NCBI GenBank assembly: GCA_964418955.1
Contig: CAYQNN010000002.1
Location: forward strand, 1-32,868
DNA length: 32,868 nt
Reading direction: 5' to 3'
Source of the DNA: an uncultured Candidatus Saccharibacteria bacterium
GTDB lineage: Bacteria; Patescibacteriota; Minisyncoccia; Minisyncoccales; GWA2-38-27
The first letter of the stretch is position 1. The number at the start of each line of letters is the position of its first letter. The position numbers and the translations under genes were made by a program. The notes under the pieces were generated by a model. It searched no databases. It had not been told where the DNA came from and saw only the letters and a program-made list of their open reading frames with translations. Shown one piece after another: positions 30,840 to 32,868 of this stretch.

Positions 30840-31811
30840 ATGGAAAAGCTAAAAATTATCTTTCTCGGCACTCCAAAATTTGGAGCGACTATTTTAAAAG
30901 GGCTTATCGAAAATAACTATAAGCCAGTTTTGGTTATTACCGCTCCAGATAAACCCGTTGGCAGAAAGCAAGTTCTAACTCCTCCGCCAGTAAAAACCAT
31001 TGCGGAAAAACATAAAATTTCAGTTGAGCAGCCGCCAAAAATTAGAAATTGGAAAGCAGCCCTCCAGGAAGTCCGCCCGAAGGCGTCCAGAGAAATTGGA
31101 AATTTAAAACCAGACTTGGGGATCGTTGCGGCATATGGCCAGATAATACCACAAAATATATTAACTATCCCCAAATATGGTTTTTTAAATGTTCATCCTT
31201 CTCTTTTGCCAAAATATCGAGGGGCCAGTCCAATCCAAGCCGCTATTTTGAACGGAGACGAGAAAACTGGCCTAACTATAATTTTAATGGATGAAAAAAT
31301 GGATCATGGGAAAATAGTTTCCAGTTCTCAATTTCTAATTTCCGATAAAAAAATTACTTGCCCAGAACTCTCTCAAAAATTAGCCGAGTTGGGAGCTAAT
31401 CTCCTTAAAGAAACGATCCCGAAATGGGTAAAAGGTGAGATTAAGCCAAAAGCCCAAAATGAAAAAAATGCTACTTACACGAAAATTATTAAAAAAGAGG
31501 ATGGTAAAATTGACTGGTCAAAACCAGCCGAAGAAATTGAAAGGCAAATCAGAGCTTTTACTCCCTGGCCGGGGAGCTTTACTTTTTGGCAAAAACCTGC
31601 CCGCAATGCCTCCGGCATAGCCGTTGCAAGCGGGAATGATAAAACTTTTAGAGTAAAAATATTGGAAGCTGATGTCTTAAAAAACAAAATTCCCTCAAAG
31701 ATTTGCTTTAAATGCGGAAAAGATTACTTAATGATTAAAAAACTTCAGCCGGAAGGTAAAAAACCTGTGACGGCCGAAGATTTTTTAAGAGGATACCATG
31801 AATTATTCTGA
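30840..31811 (+). CDS. fmt: Methionyl-tRNA formyltransferase
   Basis: 323 aa. IFLGTPKF, VAAYGQIIP, NVHPSLLPKYRGASPIQ, TPWPG. Confidence 0.95.
   Translation: MEKLKIIFLGTPKFGATILKGLIENNYKPVLVITAPDKPVGRKQVLTPPPVKTIAEKHKISVEQPPKIRNWKAALQEVRPKASREIGNLKPDLGIVAAYGQIIPQNILTIPKYGFLNVHPSLLPKYRGASPIQAAILNGDEKTGLTIILMDEKMDHGKIVSSSQFLISDKKITCPELSQKLAELGANLLKETIPKWVKGEIKPKAQNEKNATYTKIIKKEDGKIDWSKPAEEIERQIRAFTPWPGSFTFWQKPARNASGIAVASGNDKTFRVKILEADVLKNKIPSKICFKCGKDYLMIKKLQPEGKKPVTAEDFLRGYHELF
31600..31634. repeat. CCCGC..GCGGG nested palindrome inside fmt
   Basis: CCCGC-a-ATGCC-tcc-GGCAT-agccgttgcaa-GCGGG. Encodes ARNASGIAVASG. Confidence 0.75.
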
Positions 31812-32367
31812 GTTAAAAAAAGGAGGGCTAATTATTATTAATAATCAGCCCCACGAAATAATTGAAACTTCTTCAATGTTCAAAGGAAGAGGCCATTCTG
31901 TTTTACAAGCAAAACTAAAAAACCTAATAACGGGAAACATAATTTCCAAGACCTTTCATCCATCAGATATTTTTGAAGAAGCCGAACTTTCAATAATAAA
32001 AGCTAAATTTCTTTATTCCCACCGGGATAAATTTTTCTTTTGCCAAGAAAATAATCCTCAAAATAGATTTGATCTGACTAAAGAACAAATTGGAGCTATT
32101 GCTAAGCTTCTAAAACCAAATCAAATTATTAAAGGAATGATTTTCAAGAATAAAATAATCAATATTTTATTGCCAATTAAAATCCAATTAAAAGTAGCTC
32201 AAGCTCCCCCAGGGATTAAAGGAGACAGAGCCCAAGGAGGAAACAAAATTGTTATTTTAGAAACCGGAAGCGAAATGAATGTTCCCTTATTTATCAAAGA
32301 AGGAGATATTATTGAAATCAACACAGAGAAAGAAGAATACGTTCGCCGAATTGAAAAAAAGATATAG
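31798..32367 (+). CDS. efp: Elongation factor P
   Basis: 189 aa. LKKGGLIIINNQPHEII, loop FKGRGHSVLQAKLKNLITG, PPGIKGDRAQGGNK. 14-nt overlap with fmt. Confidence 0.9.
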   Translation: MNYSELKKGGLIIINNQPHEIIETSSMFKGRGHSVLQAKLKNLITGNIISKTFHPSDIFEEAELSIIKAKFLYSHRDKFFFCQENNPQNRFDLTKEQIGAIAKLLKPNQIIKGMIFKNKIINILLPIKIQLKVAQAPPGIKGDRAQGGNKIVILETGSEMNVPLFIKEGDIIEINTEKEEYVRRIEKKI

Positions 32368-32404
32368 TTATTTTTAAAGGATAAATATATCTCGCAAAAA
32401 AAAG

Positions 32405-32422
32405 AAATGTCGCACAATAAAA
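32405..32422. repeat. 18-nt exact repeat AAATGTCGCACAATAAAA, copy 2
   Basis: Identical to 16559-16576. Overlaps the left arm of terminator 32419-32447. Confidence 0.8.
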
Positions 32423-32447
32423 CACGGATAATTAATAGCCGTGTTTT
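32419..32447. terminator. Bidirectional intrinsic terminator
   Basis: AAAACACGG-ataattaatag-CCGTGTTTT, between efp and the convergent metallopeptidase gene. Confidence 0.7.
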
Positions 32448-32823
32448 ACTTTTCTCTTTTTCTTTTTTCTGCCCGCCTTACTTCTTCTTCGTTTAAGCCG
32501 AAATGATGGGCAATTTCATGCCAAACCGTATTTTTTACAATTCTTTTGATATCATTTTCAGAACGGGCAACTCGTTCAATCACTTTTTTAAAAATAGTTA
32601 TTTTGTCAGGCAAAACCTGACCATAACTACCTCTTTTCGTCTGAGGAACGCCTTCATATAAACCAAAAAGCGAAAAACCTTTCTTAATTTTAACTTTTCT
32701 CAACTGGAAAAAAGTCGGTTCGTTTTCAATACAAATCTCTACATTCTCCAATTTTTTTAAAAACTTTGCCGGAATTGCTTTAATTCCCTCATTGACAAGT
32801 TCTCCAAATTTCTCTGTATTCAT
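32446..32823 (-). CDS. Small metallopeptidase-family protein (HExxHHxG, DUF1025-like)
   Basis: 125 aa. WHEIAHHFG zinc-binding motif. Confidence 0.7.
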   Translation of the reverse strand: MNTEKFGELVNEGIKAIPAKFLKKLENVEICIENEPTFFQLRKVKIKKGFSLFGLYEGVPQTKRGSYGQVLPDKITIFKKVIERVARSENDIKRIVKNTVWHEIAHHFGLNEEEVRRAEKRKREK

Positions 32824-32868
32824 ATTTAGATTTTACCCCTATCTTTATAAAAAGACCACCCATTGTAT

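Noticed and set aside
169-31687. Short ORFs antisense to, or in alternative frames of, well-supported genes: 169..354, 1260..1547, 2645..2839, 4887..5126, 8304..8603, 8681..8869, 9678..9860, 9940..10143, 10243..10428, 15250..15558, 17103..17384, 17920..18237, 20832..21023, 21157..21396, 28133..28426, 29847..30080, 30917..31174, 31049..31294, 31435..31620, 31475..31687, 32199..32417.
   Set aside because: Each is fully overlapped by a longer ORF with clear family motifs. They have low-complexity, AT-driven composition and no Shine-Dalgarno or promoter. The ORF at 15250..15558 is explained by the murD palindrome reading similarly on both strands.
1-32868. Looked for CRISPR arrays, rRNA or tRNA genes, integrases or transposases, toxin-antitoxin pairs and restriction-modification or other defence genes.
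   Set aside because: No regularly spaced direct repeats were seen. No cloverleaf-like segments with a GTTCRA T-loop turned up in the intergenic regions I inspected. No ORF carries the relevant motifs. A covariance-model scan (tRNAscan, Rfam) would be needed to exclude small RNAs fully.
1-32868. Alternative genetic code, such as the UGA-sense code seen in some candidate phyla.
   Set aside because: All conserved genes read through as long ORFs under the standard code and end at sensible positions. The single in-frame TAA in amrS is an isolated case, not a pattern.

Overview
AT-rich, tightly packed bacterial window. Gene content and style look like Patescibacteria/CPR, but that assignment is inference only. 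About 38 CDS are supported. The core is a dispersed peptidoglycan and division gene set, mostly on the minus strand: ftsQ, a FemAB-family gene, a DegT-family gene, murF, murG, ftsW, murD, murI, mraY, a D-Ala-D-Ala carboxypeptidase and murC. It is interleaved with serS, lysS and aspS. A plus-strand block follows: an AmmeMemoRadiSam locus, an HhH protein, fmt and efp. No rRNA, tRNA, CRISPR array, integrase, transposase or recognisable defence system was found.

Main unusual signals:
1. Many short GC-rich perfect or near-perfect palindromes and repeats sit in-frame inside essential genes (ftsQ, femAB, murF, murD, murI, murC, thpR, fmt, the radical SAM gene). They include a CCCGC..GCGGG family and a 58-nt repeat present once in intergenic DNA and once inside murC. 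This resembles Rickettsia palindromic elements.
2. Three GC-rich single-gene or small-gene islands carry their own canonical TTGACA/TATAAT promoters and terminators: a PEP-CTERM protein, an orphan accB, and a csrA-containing 5-gene block.
3. The PEP-CTERM gene has a GGA-dense leader, and orphan promoter-terminator units lie upstream of the csrA block.
4. Two operator-like long palindromes with the same core lie in divergent promoter regions.
5. The AmmeMemoRadiSam radical SAM gene carries an in-frame TAA.
6. A 143-bp intergenic unit with 20-bp terminal inverted repeats follows that gene.

All functional calls rest on motif recognition by eye. No searches were run.
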